Positions 18,375-29,550 of a stretch of DNA of 38,159 nucleotides are shown piece by piece (the first letter of the stretch is position 1; each line of letters begins with the position of its first letter). The stretch covers positions 1-38,159 of the forward strand of contig UROD01000002.1 of NCBI GenBank assembly GCA_900549365.1. The letters run 5' to 3'. A program made the position numbers and the translations under genes. The notes under the pieces are model-generated. The model was not told the DNA's origin, ran no database searches, and saw nothing but the letters and a program-made list of their open reading frames with translations. Source of the DNA: an uncultured Rickettsiales bacterium. GTDB lineage: Bacteria > Pseudomonadota > Alphaproteobacteria > Rs-D84.

Positions 18375-18404
18375 TTGAATATAGGTATAAATTCAAGGTA
18401 CAAT
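18375..18404 (+). promoter_or_regulatory. candidate promoter (TTGAAT-18-TACAAT)
   Basis: Hexamers read from the sequence, about 58 nt upstream of the ORF starting at 18462. Confidence 0.4.
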
Positions 18405-18461
18405 ACAGGTAACTAGACAGTCAAATCTAGTGTTCTTTTAACAAAAGGGAAAGGATATATT

Positions 18462-19247
18462 ATGAAAAAATTAGCTTTAACTTCCTTGATGGCTGTATTT
18501 GCAGTTTCTGCTGCGAACGCTGCGGTGATTAACGATAATCCGCTGTATCGTCCAATGCAGGGTCAGGCGTACAGTATTACTGGGTTGGAATCTCATTCCA
18601 AATCAACCAGTAATTGGGACGCGACCGAAGAATTGGCTTACGGTGTTACAGATAAATTAGCAGTTGGTATGGAATTATCTGCATCCGAAAGCAACTGGTT
18701 CGATAAATCCGGCATTGATACATTTGGTATCGGCGCAAACTATCGCGTATTTGAACAGAGTGGTTGGGCTGTCGATGTTATGGGTTCTTATGGTCTGTAT
18801 GGCGTTCTGCCATATGGCGGTTCATTCTTGGACAAAGACGTAACAACTTACCAGTGGACAATTGGTGCACAGGTTGGCAAAGAATTTGGTAACCTGACAT
18901 TGGCTGGTCACGTTGCGATGGACTATGTCAACAGCGAATCCTTTAACTGGAATGACGATGGCATTCATCAGGTTCGTTTGGGCTTGGATGGATTCTTGGC
19001 ATTGGACAGCAACTGGGCATTGGTTGGTGGTGTTGAATACGCCGGTATTGCCGATGACAAACTGCCAAATGGTGCAAAGGTTGAAAATGCTGGCACATGG
19101 ACAGGCACAGTTGGTGTGAACTATAACTTCTGTGACAACACATTTGTTGGCGCGTATGTTGGACGTGAAATGTCCCACACTGGCGCAGGCGAATGGTCAA
19201 CAGATGCTGGTTTCGCATTTGGTGCTAAATTCGGTGCACAGTTCTAA
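18462..19247 (+). CDS. predicted outer-membrane beta-barrel protein
   Basis: 261 aa with SD aaaggga. Signal peptide (..AVSAANA/AV), alternating hydrophobic beta-strand pattern rich in Gly and aromatic residues, and a C-terminal ..FGAQF with terminal Phe typical of OMPs. Confidence 0.65.
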   Translation: MKKLALTSLMAVFAVSAANAAVINDNPLYRPMQGQAYSITGLESHSKSTSNWDATEELAYGVTDKLAVGMELSASESNWFDKSGIDTFGIGANYRVFEQSGWAVDVMGSYGLYGVLPYGGSFLDKDVTTYQWTIGAQVGKEFGNLTLAGHVAMDYVNSESFNWNDDGIHQVRLGLDGFLALDSNWALVGGVEYAGIADDKLPNGAKVENAGTWTGTVGVNYNFCDNTFVGAYVGREMSHTGAGEWSTDAGFAFGAKFGAQF

Positions 19248-19270
19248 TATTTAATTGGAACAAATATGGG

Positions 19271-19299
19271 CCCGCGCAGATTGCGCGGGTCTTTTGTTT
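19271..19299 (+). terminator. rho-independent terminator
   Basis: Stem cccgcgc/gcgcggg with loop agatt, followed by tcttttgttt. Confidence 0.8.
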
Positions 19300-19351
19300 G
19301 AATTTCGTCCTGTTGTGTGCGTGATGGCATCGGCGGTACAATTGCACCAAG

Positions 19352-20113
19352 ATGGCCAGATTGCGGAATTTTTTTGGAATTATATTGATAATCGGAATAT
19401 GCGCGGCGTCGCGCGCCGATGTCGGCGACGTCAGTCGTATTGTAAAGTCCGGTGAATTTTCAGCGCATTTTGGGACGGCCTTTGTCACAGGTCGGACGCG
19501 CGATGGGCATTCGCAAACAGATTTTTCCGCCGGTCGCATACATGAAACCAGTTTGACATTGGATTACAGTCCTAATGACTTTTTTACTGTGCAATTCAGT
19601 ACAGATAACGATTATTCCGATATGCAAATCGGGGCATTATATAAAATATGGACAACGCCCCCACTGAAATTCGAGGCCGGCGTGGCATACGGTCCCGCAT
19701 GGACAAAACGGGCGACCGATGGCGTCCGATATGGTCGCAACAATGTAATATTAGATATGCGTTTGCATGGCGTGCGCTGGTCGCGCACACAATGGTCGGT
19801 CAAGGTATCGCCACAATTTGTAATGGATGATGACGGAAATTTCTGGAATATAAAAATTTCGCCACAAATTATGTACTATTTTGTTCAAAATCTGGCTGCT
19901 ATCTTGGGCTTTGATTATGATTTTTTGCAAATTTCGCGTCCCAAAACAATATATAATCGTTCGGTCAGTGCCGAAGCAGTGTATAATATGTCGGACGCCG
20001 CATCGGTAAATCCATATGTAAAATACCATTTTGAAACCAAAGATGCCGACAATGAATTGATTGACTGTGATGACTATTGGAAATTTGGTGTCAGTTTTTC
20101 AGTTAAATTCTAA
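19352..20113 (+). CDS. predicted outer-membrane beta-barrel protein
   Basis: 253 aa with a signal peptide (..IGICAASRA/DV), beta-strand periodicity and a C-terminal ..GVSFSVKF with terminal Phe. Confidence 0.6.
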   Translation: MARLRNFFGIILIIGICAASRADVGDVSRIVKSGEFSAHFGTAFVTGRTRDGHSQTDFSAGRIHETSLTLDYSPNDFFTVQFSTDNDYSDMQIGALYKIWTTPPLKFEAGVAYGPAWTKRATDGVRYGRNNVILDMRLHGVRWSRTQWSVKVSPQFVMDDDGNFWNIKISPQIMYYFVQNLAAILGFDYDFLQISRPKTIYNRSVSAEAVYNMSDAASVNPYVKYHFETKDADNELIDCDDYWKFGVSFSVKF

Positions 20114-20236
20114 TTTTTTGCCGTATTATTTCTTTGTCGATTAGTTAAATTGTACCAAGTTCGTTTTTGTCATTTGATAAAATTCTGTCAGCCCTTAAAA
20201 TCAGGCGGTTTTGCAATGTTTGTTAAAGAATATTTC

Positions 20237-20265
20237 TTGACAATTCAGGGCGGTGTGGTTATAGT
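20237..20265 (+). promoter_or_regulatory. near-consensus sigma70 promoter of the str operon (TTGACA-17-TATAGT)
   Basis: Read directly from the sequence, about 150 nt upstream of the rpsL ATG. Confidence 0.65.
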
Positions 20266-20413
20266 GTACTAGCTTTCCGTGTAAACAAGGAAAGAGAAAA
20301 ACACAGAAAACTGCGACATTTTGCAGGTTTATAATCAGCGGCGCGCCGTTGAAATAAATCTGGTGGCAGGTTTTGTGCAGACAAAAAAGCAAGAACAAAC
20401 AAAGAGATTTTGA

Positions 20414-20785
20414 ATGCCAACAGTAAATCAACTGATTCGGAAACCTCGTAAAAAGGTCGTTGTGAAATCCACAGCGCCTGATATGATGGAAGCTCCGCAG
20501 AAGCGTGGTGTTTGCACACGTGTGTACACAACCACACCTAAGAAACCTAACTCGGCGCAACGTAAGGTTGCACGTGTAAAATTGGCCAATGGTCGCGAAG
20601 TAACCGCGTACATTCCTGGCGAAGGTCACAATTTGCAGGAACACAGCGTTGTTATGATTCGTGGCGGTCGTGTAAAGGACTTGCCTGGTGTTAAATACCA
20701 CATTATCCGTGGTGTCTTGGATACCAAGGGCGTAGACAGCCGCAAGCAGGGTCGTTCCTTGTACGGTGCAAAGACCGGTAAATAA
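20414..20785 (+). CDS. rpsL: 30S ribosomal protein S12
   Basis: [10 protein letters not shown].. and [16 protein letters not shown] motifs. Confidence 0.98.
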   Translation: MPTVNQLIRKPRKKVVVKSTAPDMMEAPQKRGVCTRVYTTTPKKPNSAQRKVARVKLANGREVTAYIPGEGHNLQEHSVVMIRGGRVKDLPGVKYHIIRGVLDTKGVDSRKQGRSLYGAKTGK

Positions 20786-20865
20786 TAAATCAACCAAAAC
20801 ACGTAATTAAATTTATGTGAGTAATCTGTGAAAGGCACAGACGAAGAAATAAAAGGAAATATAAA

Positions 20866-21339
20866 ATGTCAAGACGTAAAAGTGCAGCAAAACGTGAAAT
20901 TCTGCCAGATTCCAAGTACAACAATCTGGTTGTTGCAAAATGTATCAATGTAGTTATGTGGGACGGCAAGAAAGAAGTTGCCGAAAATATCGTTTATGGT
21001 GCATTAGAAAAACTGAAAAAAGTCGCAAAAGACGGTGATGAATTGACTGCTTTCTTGGAAGCCGTAGATGCATTGAAGCCATCTGTAGAAGTCAAGGGCC
21101 GTCGTGTTGGCGGTGCGACATATCAGGTTCCAGTAGAGGTTCGTCCTGTGCGTCAACAGACATTGGCGTTGCGTTGGTTGGTAATGTTTGCCCGTAAACG
21201 TGGCGAACGCGCAATGGAAGACAGATTGTTTGGTGAATTGCGTGATGCTTTGTCCGGTCAGGGTGGGGCGTTCAAGAAAAAGATTGATACCCACAAGATG
21301 GCAGAAGCCAACAAGGCGTTTGCTCATTTCCGTTGGTAA
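20866..21339 (+). CDS. rpsG: 30S ribosomal protein S7
   Basis: [18 protein letters not shown].. and [12 protein letters not shown] motifs. Confidence 0.98.
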   Translation: MSRRKSAAKREILPDSKYNNLVVAKCINVVMWDGKKEVAENIVYGALEKLKKVAKDGDELTAFLEAVDALKPSVEVKGRRVGGATYQVPVEVRPVRQQTLALRWLVMFARKRGERAMEDRLFGELRDALSGQGGAFKKKIDTHKMAEANKAFAHFRW

Positions 21340-21397
21340 TTAATTTATTAAAAAACAATCGGATTAAACACAAGACAAATAAATAAGGAAAGAATCT

Positions 21398-23479
21398 ATG
21401 TCAGTCGGAAAAACCGCTCCTTTACATATGTACCGCAATATCGGCATTATGGCTCATATTGACGCGGGTAAAACAACAACATCAGAACGTATTCTTTTCT
21501 ATACAGGGAAAACATACAAAATCGGCGAAGTTCACGATGGTGGCGCGACGATGGACTGGATGGAACAAGAACAAGAACGTGGTATTACAATTACATCTGC
21601 GGCAACAACATGCTTTTGGCGTGATCACCGTATCAATCTGATTGATACCCCGGGACACGTGGACTTTACAATGGAAGTAGAACGTTCCTTGCGTGTTTTG
21701 GACGGTGCTGTTGCAGTGTTTGAATCTGTGTCCGGTGTTCAGCCACAGACAGAAACAGTATGGCGTCAGGCAGACCGCTATAACGTTCCACGTATTTGCT
21801 TTATCAATAAGATGGATCGTATTGGTGGTAATTTCTTCCGCTGTGTTGATATGATTCGTGAACGCTTGGGCGCAAACCCATTGGTTGTTAATTTCCCAAT
21901 CGGCGCAGAATCTGATTTCCGTGGCGTTGTTGATGTCGTTGAAATGCGCGCTATTGTCTGGGAAGATGACTTGGGCAAAGACCCTCACATCAAACCAATT
22001 CCAGAAGAATTGCGCGAAAAAGCCGAAGAATTGCACAACAAACTGATTGAAGAAGTTGTGACATTGGACGACGATATTATGGAAGCGTACATGGAAGGTA
22101 CAAAACCAGACGTCGCCACAATTAAAAAACTGATTCGCAAGGGTACGATTGCCCAGAACTTTAACCCAGTTTTGTGCGGTACAGCATTCAAGAACAAGGG
22201 TGTTCAGCCACTGTTGGATGCTATTGTTGACTATTTGCCAAGCCCATTGGATATTCCTGCTATCAAGGGAACCAAGATGGACAAGAAAACGATTATCGAA
22301 CGTCACCCAAGCGCAAGCGAACCATTCGCAGCACTGGCTTTCAAGGTTGCAAATGACCCATTCGTTGGGAACCTGATGTTCATTCGTATTTATTCTGGTA
22401 AATTGACATCTGGCTCATACATCTACAACTCTAACCGTGACAAACGTGAACGTGTTGGTCGTATGTTGTTGATGCACTCTAACCAGCGTGAAGAGATCAA
22501 AGAAGCATCAGCCGGTGACATTATCACATTGGTCGGTATGAAAGAAACAATCACAGGTGATACACTGTGTGATGAAGCGAATCCAATCATCTTGGAAAAT
22601 ATTCACGTTCCAGAACCTGTTATCAGTATTGCGGTTGAACCAAAAACCAAGGCCGACATTGAAAAGATGTCATTGGGCTTGCAGGCATTGGCCAAAGAAG
22701 ACCCTTCGTTCCGCGTGTCGGTTGACGAAGAATCTGGTCAGACAATTTTGGCTGGTGTTGGTGAATTGCATTTGGAAATTTTGGTTGATCGTTTGCTGCG
22801 TGAATTCAAGGTTGACGTTAACGTCGGTGAACCACGTATTGCATATCGTGAAACATTCCGCAAGGCAGTTACCGAAGAATACACCCACAAGAAACAGTCG
22901 GGTGGTTCGGGTCAGTACGCACAGGTTAAAATCGAATTCGAACCATTGGAACCAGGCAAAGGTTATGAATTTGAAAACAAGATTGTCGGTGGTGCTATTC
23001 CAAAAGAATACATCCCTGGCGTTGAAAAGGGTTTGAAGATAGCCCAACAGACAGGTGTTCTGATTGGCTATCCGACAGTGGATTTCAAGGCAACGTTGGT
23101 TGATGGTAAATATCACGAAGTTGACTCCAACGTGTTGTGCTTTGAAATTGCGGCGCGTGCTTGCTTCCGCGAAGCCATGAAAAAAGCATCGCCAAAGTTG
23201 CTGGAACCGATTATGAAGCTTTCGGTAACTACGCCGGAAGAATACGTCGGTGACATTATCGGTGACTTGAACAGCCGCCGCGGACAAATCAATGGCATTG
23301 AAACTCAGTTTGGTAACCAGCAGATTTCAGCCTATGTTCCGTTGGCTAATCTGTTCGGATACGTCAAGACATTGCGTTCTTTGTCACAGGGGCGTGCAAA
23401 TCCTTATATGGAACTGTCGCACTATGCCGAAGTACCGCAGAACGTCGCAGATGAAGTTATCAAAAAGCTGACGAAATAA
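21398..23479 (+). CDS. fusA: elongation factor G
   Basis: 693 aa with [23 protein letters not shown] and NKMDR motifs. Confidence 0.98.
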   Translation: MSVGKTAPLHMYRNIGIMAHIDAGKTTTSERILFYTGKTYKIGEVHDGGATMDWMEQEQERGITITSAATTCFWRDHRINLIDTPGHVDFTMEVERSLRVLDGAVAVFESVSGVQPQTETVWRQADRYNVPRICFINKMDRIGGNFFRCVDMIRERLGANPLVVNFPIGAESDFRGVVDVVEMRAIVWEDDLGKDPHIKPIPEELREKAEELHNKLIEEVVTLDDDIMEAYMEGTKPDVATIKKLIRKGTIAQNFNPVLCGTAFKNKGVQPLLDAIVDYLPSPLDIPAIKGTKMDKKTIIERHPSASEPFAALAFKVANDPFVGNLMFIRIYSGKLTSGSYIYNSNRDKRERVGRMLLMHSNQREEIKEASAGDIITLVGMKETITGDTLCDEANPIILENIHVPEPVISIAVEPKTKADIEKMSLGLQALAKEDPSFRVSVDEESGQTILAGVGELHLEILVDRLLREFKVDVNVGEPRIAYRETFRKAVTEEYTHKKQSGGSGQYAQVKIEFEPLEPGKGYEFENKIVGGAIPKEYIPGVEKGLKIAQQTGVLIGYPTVDFKATLVDGKYHEVDSNVLCFEIAARACFREAMKKASPKLLEPIMKLSVTTPEEYVGDIIGDLNSRRGQINGIETQFGNQQISAYVPLANLFGYVKTLRSLSQGRANPYMELSHYAEVPQNVADEVIKKLTK

Positions 23480-23599
23480 AAAAATAAAAAAAGATTGTGA
23501 TTTTTGATTTCTGGTTTATTATATAGGCGTGAAATCCAAATAATAACCGGAAATCAAAGTCAGAAATCATTAACAAGCCAAGCCTAAGGAGAAAAAACT

Positions 23600-24787
23600 A
23601 TGGCAAAAGAAAAGTATATAAGAACCAAACCGCATGTTAATGTTGGTACGATTGGTCACGTTGACCACGGTAAAACAACATTGACTGCTGCTATCGTTCA
23701 TTACTATGGTGTCGGCGCCGACAAAGAAAAAGGCGTTGATAAAATCGATAACGCACCAGAAGAACGTGCACGTGGTATCACAATCAACACCGCACACGTT
23801 GAATATGAAACAGAACACCGTCACTATGCACACGTTGACTGCCCAGGACACGCGGACTATGTTAAAAACATGATTACCGGCGCGGCCCAGATGGACGGTG
23901 CAATCTTGGTTGTTGCTGCAACAGACGGCCCAATGCCACAGACACGTGAACACATCTTGTTGGCACGTCAGGTGGGTATTCCAAAAATCGTTGTTTATTT
24001 GAACAAATGCGATTTGGCGAACGATCCTGAATTGTTGGAATTGGTTGAAATGGAAGTTCGTGAATTGTTGTCTGCAAATGACTTCGATGGCGACAAAGCA
24101 CCTATTATTCGTGGTTCCGCTGTTTCCGCATTGGAAGGCAAGAACGACGGTTTGGGCAAAGAATCCATTGATGCGTTGTTGAAGGCATTGGATGAATATA
24201 TCCCACTGCCAGAACGTCCAGTTGACAAACCATTCTTGATGCCAATCGAAGACGTATTCTCGATCACAGGTCGTGGTACAGTTGTTACAGGCCGTATCGA
24301 ATCTGGTACAGTCAAAGTTGGTGACGAATGCGAAATCGTTGGTTTGCGTCCAACACAGAAAACAACAGTTACCGGCGTAGAAATGTTCCGCAAGATGTTG
24401 GATCAAGGTGAAGCTGGTGATAACGTTGGTTTGCTGTTGCGTGGTACCAAGAAAGAAGATGTAGAACGTGGCCAGATTATCTGCAAACCAGGTTCTATTA
24501 CACCACACACAGAATTTGAAGCCGAAGTTTATATCTTGACGAAAGAAGAAGGTGGACGTCACACAGCGTTCTTCAGCAACTATCGTCCTCAGTTCTACTT
24601 CAGCACAACAGACGTAACTGGTACAATCACATTGCCAGCAGACAAAGAAATGGTTCTGCCAGGTGATAACGTTCGTATCTCTGTGCAATTGATTGCACCT
24701 ATTGCTATGAGCGAAGGTCGTCGCTTTGCTATCCGTGAAGGCGGACGCACAGTTGGCGCTGGTGTTGTATCAAAGATTAACAAATAA
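23600..24787 (+). CDS. tuf: elongation factor Tu
   Basis: 395 aa with [22 protein letters not shown] and NKCDL motifs. SD aaggag. Confidence 0.98.
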   Translation: MAKEKYIRTKPHVNVGTIGHVDHGKTTLTAAIVHYYGVGADKEKGVDKIDNAPEERARGITINTAHVEYETEHRHYAHVDCPGHADYVKNMITGAAQMDGAILVVAATDGPMPQTREHILLARQVGIPKIVVYLNKCDLANDPELLELVEMEVRELLSANDFDGDKAPIIRGSAVSALEGKNDGLGKESIDALLKALDEYIPLPERPVDKPFLMPIEDVFSITGRGTVVTGRIESGTVKVGDECEIVGLRPTQKTTVTGVEMFRKMLDQGEAGDNVGLLLRGTKKEDVERGQIICKPGSITPHTEFEAEVYILTKEEGGRHTAFFSNYRPQFYFSTTDVTGTITLPADKEMVLPGDNVRISVQLIAPIAMSEGRRFAIREGGRTVGAGVVSKINK

Positions 24788-24796
24788 CAACATAAA

Positions 24797-24842
24797 CGGG
24801 TCGGTGTAACTGGATATACAAACGCCAGTGATTACCGGCCCG
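24797..24842 (+). other. imperfect hairpin in the tuf-rpsJ spacer
   Basis: cgggtcggtgtaactgg pairs with ccagtgattaccggcccg. No T-run follows. Confidence 0.4.
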
Positions 24843-24866
24843 CACAAACATAAGGAAAACGAACAA

Positions 24867-25178
24867 ATGGTACCTGCATCTAAAATTCGAATCAAATTGA
24901 CAGCGTTTGATCATCGCGTATTGACGGACTCTGTTGATGAAATCGTAAAAACGGCAAAGCGCACTGGCGCAGACGTCGTTGGGCCAGTTCGCTTGCCAAC
25001 ATTGATTCAGAAATTTACAGTCAACCGTTCCCCACACGTCGATAAAAAATCGCGTGAACAATTCGAAATTCGCAATCATAAAGCGGTCGTCGATATTGTC
25101 AACCCAACCCCTCAGACAGTTGATGCCCTGATGAAGTTGGATTTGGCGTCCGGTGTTGATGTAAAAATTAAATTGTAA
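24867..25178 (+). CDS. rpsJ: 30S ribosomal protein S10
   Basis: 103 aa from the internal ATG ([20 protein letters not shown]..) with SD aagga. The track start at 24828 adds a non-conserved extension. Confidence 0.95.
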   Translation: MVPASKIRIKLTAFDHRVLTDSVDEIVKTAKRTGADVVGPVRLPTLIQKFTVNRSPHVDKKSREQFEIRNHKAVVDIVNPTPQTVDALMKLDLASGVDVKIKL

Positions 25179-25266
25179 AAATTGAGTAAGTAAAATTGTT
25201 AGCGTCGAGTATTTTGGATTCTGAACAAAAATGCTTCGACCTACTGGCAAAATAAAAGGCAAAAAA

Positions 25267-25989
25267 ATGAAACGTAGCGGATTAATAACAACAAAAATAG
25301 GAATGACGCGTCTGTATGATGATGCCGGCGCAGCGCACCCAGTAACAGTTCTGTCTGTGGGCGATTGTGCTGTCATTGGAAATCGCACGCAGGACAAGAA
25401 CGGCTATGTCGCGAATATCTTGGGTATGCGCGAAGCCAAGGCAAAACATGTTGCAAAGCCACAGGCGGTTGCAGCGGAAAAAGCAGGGGTAAAGCCGTAT
25501 CGCAAAGTGGTGGAATTCCGTGTATCGGACGAATGTGTTATCCCAGCAGGGACACAGTTGTCTGCGTCTCATTTTGTTGCCGGTCAATTCGTTGATGTCC
25601 AAGCAACAAGCAAGGGTAAGGGCTATCAAGGTGCGATGAAACGTCATAACTTTGGTGGTAAGGAAGCGACACACGGTGTTTTGAAAGCACATCGTTCATT
25701 GGGTGGTACTGGTATGCGTGAATGGCCAGGCCGCGTTCTGAAAGGCAAAAAGATGGCCGGTCAGATGGGTAATGAAACGGTTACTGTTCAAAACTTGAAG
25801 GTCTTTGGAACAGACGCAGCCGAAAACTTGATTTTCGTCGAAGGCGCAGTTCCAGGCGCAAACGGTACTTTTGTATTGGTTACCGATGCGATTAAAAAAG
25901 AAAACAAAGATTTGCCAGTTCCAACTGCACAGACAAGCGCACCAGCAGCAGAAGTTGCCGCCGATGCAGCAGAAACAGTTGCGGAATAA
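25267..25989 (+). CDS. rplC: 50S ribosomal protein L3
   Basis: 240 aa from MKRSGLITTKIGMTRLYD, with KGKGYQGAMKRHNF. Carries an Ala-rich C-terminal tail. Confidence 0.95.
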   Translation: MKRSGLITTKIGMTRLYDDAGAAHPVTVLSVGDCAVIGNRTQDKNGYVANILGMREAKAKHVAKPQAVAAEKAGVKPYRKVVEFRVSDECVIPAGTQLSASHFVAGQFVDVQATSKGKGYQGAMKRHNFGGKEATHGVLKAHRSLGGTGMREWPGRVLKGKKMAGQMGNETVTVQNLKVFGTDAAENLIFVEGAVPGANGTFVLVTDAIKKENKDLPVPTAQTSAPAAEVAADAAETVAE

Positions 25990-26017
25990 CAATGGGTCAA
26001 CAGTAAGGTGAATTAAA

Positions 26018-26638
26018 ATGCAAATAGAAGTTATAAATTTTGATGGCAAAGCAGTTGGCAAAGTTGAATTGGCCGACAGCATCTTTGGTTTGGACCCACG
26101 CGCAGACATCTTGCACAGAGTTGTTACTTGGCAGCGTGCAAATTCCCGCGCTGGTACACATGCAGTGAAAACTGTATCTGATGTCCAGGGCAGTGGTAAA
26201 AAAGCGTTCAAACAAAAGAAAACAGGTAATGCACGTCAGGGTGAAAAGTATAATGTTCACATGCGTGGTGGTGGTGTTGTTCATGGTCCAGTTGTCCGTG
26301 ATCACTCTATCGATTTGCCAAAGAAAATCCGTAGTTTGGGCCTGAAAATGGCGTTGTCGTCCAAGGTTAAAGATGGTTCGCTGGTTGTAATTGATTCTGA
26401 AAAATTGGCAACCGCAAAAACAGGTGTGTTTGCAAAACAATTGAAAAAATTGGGTTTGGATTCAGCATTGTTTGTTGGTGCGGACGCGTTGGACGAAAAC
26501 TTCAAGAAATCTGCGGCTAACATCGCAAACATTGATGCGTTGCCAACGATTGGTTTGAATGTTTTGGATATCTTGAACCACAATAAATTGGTTTTGACGG
26601 CTGACGCAGTCAAAGCGGTAGAAGCAAGATTGGCATAA
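26018..26638 (+). CDS. rplD: 50S ribosomal protein L4
   Basis: GSGKKAFKQKKTGNARQG motif and conserved operon position. Confidence 0.95.
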   Translation: MQIEVINFDGKAVGKVELADSIFGLDPRADILHRVVTWQRANSRAGTHAVKTVSDVQGSGKKAFKQKKTGNARQGEKYNVHMRGGGVVHGPVVRDHSIDLPKKIRSLGLKMALSSKVKDGSLVVIDSEKLATAKTGVFAKQLKKLGLDSALFVGADALDENFKKSAANIANIDALPTIGLNVLDILNHNKLVLTADAVKAVEARLA

Positions 26639-26658
26639 TTTAATAAAAGGTCAATGAA

Positions 26659-26985
26659 ATGGCAGAAAAGAAAGTAGAAAAGAAAATCGTTGCGACCGCC
26701 GGTATTTATGATATACTGCGTCGTCCGATAATCTCGGAAAAGACAGCAAAATTATCCGAGAGCAATGGTATTGCGTTCGAAATTGCCGCAAATGCAACAA
26801 AAGAAGATGTTGCGCGCGCAGTTCAGGCGATTTACAATGTGAAACCTGTCAAGGTTAACATTGTTGTTGCCAAGGGCAAGGTTAAATCCTTCCGTGGTCG
26901 CAGCAGCGGCACACAACGCACTGTAAAGAAAGCATATGTGTCTTTGCCAGCTGATGCAAAATTGGATTTGGCAGCAAACGCATAA
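26659..26985 (+). CDS. rplW: 50S ribosomal protein L23
   Basis: YDILRRPIISEKT motif. Carries an N-terminal MAEKKVEK extension. Confidence 0.95.
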   Translation: MAEKKVEKKIVATAGIYDILRRPIISEKTAKLSESNGIAFEIAANATKEDVARAVQAIYNVKPVKVNIVVAKGKVKSFRGRSSGTQRTVKKAYVSLPADAKLDLAANA

Positions 26986-27001
26986 GTAAATAATAAAAAT
27001 C

Positions 27002-27047
27002 GCCAAGGCAGATAATCTGGAATTTATTCAGACGTTATTGCCTTGGC
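27002..27047 (+). other. extended hairpin (about 46 nt) in the unusually long rplW-rplB spacer
   Basis: Outer stem gccaaggca/tgccttggc (9 bp), plus inner ataa/ttat and tctgga/tcaga pairing. No T-run follows. Confidence 0.55.
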
Positions 27048-27068
27048 AGAAACAAAGGTAAGAATAAA

Positions 27069-27902
27069 ATGGCATTAAAGCACTATAAGCCAATGACCCC
27101 AGGGACGCGTGGATTGACACTGGTTGACCGCAGCGGTTTGCATCGCGGCGCGCCTGAAAAGGCATTGACAGTTGGTTTGAAATCCAAGGGTGGTCGTAAT
27201 AACTTTGGTCATGTAACCGTTATGCACCAAGGTGGTGGTCACAAACGTAAATATCGTTTGATTGATTTTAATCGTAAAAAGACAGGTGTTCCAGCAACAG
27301 TTGTTCGTTTGGAATACGATCCTAATCGTACTGCATTCATCGCATTGATTGAATACAAAGATGGTGTTCGTTCTTATATCTTGGCACCACGTGATTTGAA
27401 AGTTGGCGATACCGTTATTTCTGGTGTTCGTGAAGATATCAAACCAGGTAACGCGATGCCATTGAAAAATATGCCAATCGGTACAATTGTGCACAACGTT
27501 GAATTGAAACCAGGGGCAGGCGGCCAGTTGGCACGTAGTGCTGGTTGCTATGCTCAGTTGATGGGTAAAGACGGTGTTTATGCACAGATTAAAATGAACA
27601 GCGGTGAATTACGCAAAGTTCATTCCGATTGTATGGCCACAGTTGGCAGCGTTTCTAACCCAGAACAACGCAATGTCAATTTGGGCAAGGCCGGTCGCGC
27701 ACGCTGGTTGGGTATCCGTCCATCTGTTCGCGGTATGGCGATGAACCCGAACGATCACCCAATGGGTGGTGGTAATGGTCATTCCAAGGGCCACGAACCT
27801 GTGTCGCGTACTGGTATTCCAGCCAAGGGATATCGTACCCGCAGCAACAAACGTACTGCAAAGATGATTATCCGCAGCAGACATTTGGCAAAGAAGAAAT
27901 AA
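27069..27902 (+). CDS. rplB: 50S ribosomal protein L2
   Basis: [13 protein letters not shown] and [11 protein letters not shown] motifs. Confidence 0.98.
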   Translation: MALKHYKPMTPGTRGLTLVDRSGLHRGAPEKALTVGLKSKGGRNNFGHVTVMHQGGGHKRKYRLIDFNRKKTGVPATVVRLEYDPNRTAFIALIEYKDGVRSYILAPRDLKVGDTVISGVREDIKPGNAMPLKNMPIGTIVHNVELKPGAGGQLARSAGCYAQLMGKDGVYAQIKMNSGELRKVHSDCMATVGSVSNPEQRNVNLGKAGRARWLGIRPSVRGMAMNPNDHPMGGGNGHSKGHEPVSRTGIPAKGYRTRSNKRTAKMIIRSRHLAKKK

Positions 27903-27909
27903 TAAATAG

Positions 27910-27932
27910 CCCTGCATCTATATGGTGCAGGG
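27910..27932 (+). other. intergenic hairpin with CTATATGG apex (rplB|rpsS)
   Basis: ccctgcatc-tatat-ggtgcaggg. Confidence 0.55.
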
Positions 27933-27956
27933 GACATAAGAAAAACGGAGTAATTG

Positions 27957-28241
27957 ATGTCTCGTTCAGTTTGGAAAGGTCCTTATGTTCACCCATCTGT
28001 CTTGAAAAAGACCGCTGCGGCGAATGAAAAAGATGACCGTAAACCAATTAAAACTTGGTCTCGTGGCAGCACAATTGTGCCACCAATGGTTGGGCTGACT
28101 TTTGAAGTTCACAATGGTAATAAATTTATTCCAGTTTCAATCGTAGAAGATATGATTGGTCATAAATTGGGTGAATTTGCGCCAACACGTACGTTCAAAG
28201 GTCATGCGGCAAATAAAAAGGCCGCGGCAGCCAAGAAATAA
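27957..28241 (+). CDS. rpsS: 30S ribosomal protein S19
   Basis: [11 protein letters not shown].. and [10 protein letters not shown] motifs. Start taken at ATG 27957; the track start at 27954 is a TTG. Confidence 0.97.
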   Translation: MSRSVWKGPYVHPSVLKKTAAANEKDDRKPIKTWSRGSTIVPPMVGLTFEVHNGNKFIPVSIVEDMIGHKLGEFAPTRTFKGHAANKKAAAAKK

Positions 28242-28242
28242 T

Positions 28243-28259
28243 GATTTCTAGATGGAATC
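28243..28259 (+). other. intergenic hairpin with CTAGATGG apex (rpsS|rplV)
   Basis: gatttc-tagat-ggaatc. Confidence 0.45.
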
Positions 28260-28283
28260 CGCAAGAATAATAAGGTTATAGTT

Positions 28284-28694
28284 ATGACAACAGCAAGATA
28301 TGGAATTAAAGATAATCAGGTTCGCGCATTCAACAAAATGATCCGCGTCAGCCACCAGAAATTGAATCTGGTTTGCGACACAGTTCGTGGTTTGCCTGTT
28401 GAACGTGCAATTGATGTCTTGAAATTTTCAAAGAAACGCGTATCTGACGAAGTTTTGAAAACTTTGATTTCCGCGATTGCAAATGCAGAACACAACAAAA
28501 ATCTGTCGGCAGATTCTCTGTACGTCAAAGAAATTTGGTGTGGTAAAGCGTTGACAATGAAACGTATTATGGCCGGCCCACGTGGCAGTGCTCGTCCGAT
28601 TTTGAAACCATTTTCAAATCTGACAATCGTTTTGGAATCAGGTGCAGCACCTGCGAAAAAAACAGCAGCAAAAACTGCAAAGAAAGCAAAATAA
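28284..28694 (+). CDS. rplV: 50S ribosomal protein L22
   Basis: RVSHQKLNLVCDTVRG motif. Lys/Ala-rich C-terminal tail. Confidence 0.95.
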   Translation: MTTARYGIKDNQVRAFNKMIRVSHQKLNLVCDTVRGLPVERAIDVLKFSKKRVSDEVLKTLISAIANAEHNKNLSADSLYVKEIWCGKALTMKRIMAGPRGSARPILKPFSNLTIVLESGAAPAKKTAAKTAKKAK

Positions 28695-28730
28695 TAAATC
28701 GTGGCACGTGGTATGGGGCAACCCTGAATA

Positions 28731-28745
28731 AAACCTATATGGTTT
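28731..28745 (+). other. intergenic hairpin with CTATATGG apex (rplV|rpsC)
   Basis: aaacc-tatat-ggttt, nested inside a possible longer stem gtggca(28701)/tgccac(28756). Confidence 0.45.
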
Positions 28746-28780
28746 CAAGAACACTTGCCACAAACTAAGGAAAACAAAAG

Positions 28781-29482
28781 ATGGGACAGAAAGTATCACC
28801 AATCTCGTTGCGCGAATTTATCAACAAGATTACTGACTCGCGCTGGATGGCCGGCAAAAAGGACTATGCGAACCTGTTGGCCGAAGATATCAAAATTCGC
28901 AAATTTATTGAAAAGAAGTTGAAAAAAGCCGGCTTGGCCAAGGTTGTTATTGAACGCTTTGCCAAGAAAGTTGTTGTGACAATTCACACTTCTCGTCCGG
29001 GTATGATTATCGGCAAAAACGGTGCTGATATTGAAACTTTGCGTAATGATATCAAAAAGTTGGTCAAAAACGATCAGGTCGTTGTGAACATTTACGAAGT
29101 TCGCCGTCCAGATTTGAATGCTCAACTGGTTGCACAAAATATTGCGCAGCAAATCGAAGGTCGTGTTTCCTTTAAGCGTGCAATGAAAAAGGCGGTTCAA
29201 AACGCCCAGAAAGCAGGCGCGCAGGGTATCAAAGTTATGTGCAGCGGTCGTCTGAACGGTGCGGAAATTGCCCGCAGTGAACAAATCCGCGAAGGTCGTA
29301 TTCCTCTGCATACATTGCGTGCTGACATTGACTATGCGTCAATTCAGGCGAAAACAACATACGGCGTTATCGGTGTAAAAGTTTGGATTTACACAGGGGA
29401 TGTCGTAAATAAAGAAAAGCTGGCTTCTGAAATGGCACGCCCAACTGAATATGCCGGCAGCAGCGAAAAGAGAAACAAGTAA
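28781..29482 (+). CDS. rpsC: 30S ribosomal protein S3
   Basis: [11 protein letters not shown].. with the KH domain and [10 protein letters not shown]. Confidence 0.97.
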   Translation: MGQKVSPISLREFINKITDSRWMAGKKDYANLLAEDIKIRKFIEKKLKKAGLAKVVIERFAKKVVVTIHTSRPGMIIGKNGADIETLRNDIKKLVKNDQVVVNIYEVRRPDLNAQLVAQNIAQQIEGRVSFKRAMKKAVQNAQKAGAQGIKVMCSGRLNGAEIARSEQIREGRIPLHTLRADIDYASIQAKTTYGVIGVKVWIYTGDVVNKEKLASEMARPTEYAGSSEKRNK

Positions 29483-29488
29483 TTTTTG

Positions 29489-29509
29489 CTGGTATCTATA
29501 TGGTACTGG
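29489..29509 (+). other. intergenic hairpin with CTATATGG apex (rpsC|rplP)
   Basis: ctggtatc-tatat-ggtactgg. Same apex as 27910..27932, with compensatory stem changes. Confidence 0.5.
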
Positions 29510-29550
29510 GGAAAACAAAAATTAGCAAAAGCAATAAAAGGTAGTTTATT

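Noticed and set aside
21482-24688. Long reverse-strand ORFs inside fusA and tuf (21482..22306, 22670..23287, 23570..24688)
   Set aside because: They are antisense to unmistakable EF-G and EF-Tu coding sequence. Their Cys/Phe/Asn-rich translations are typical of shadow frames.
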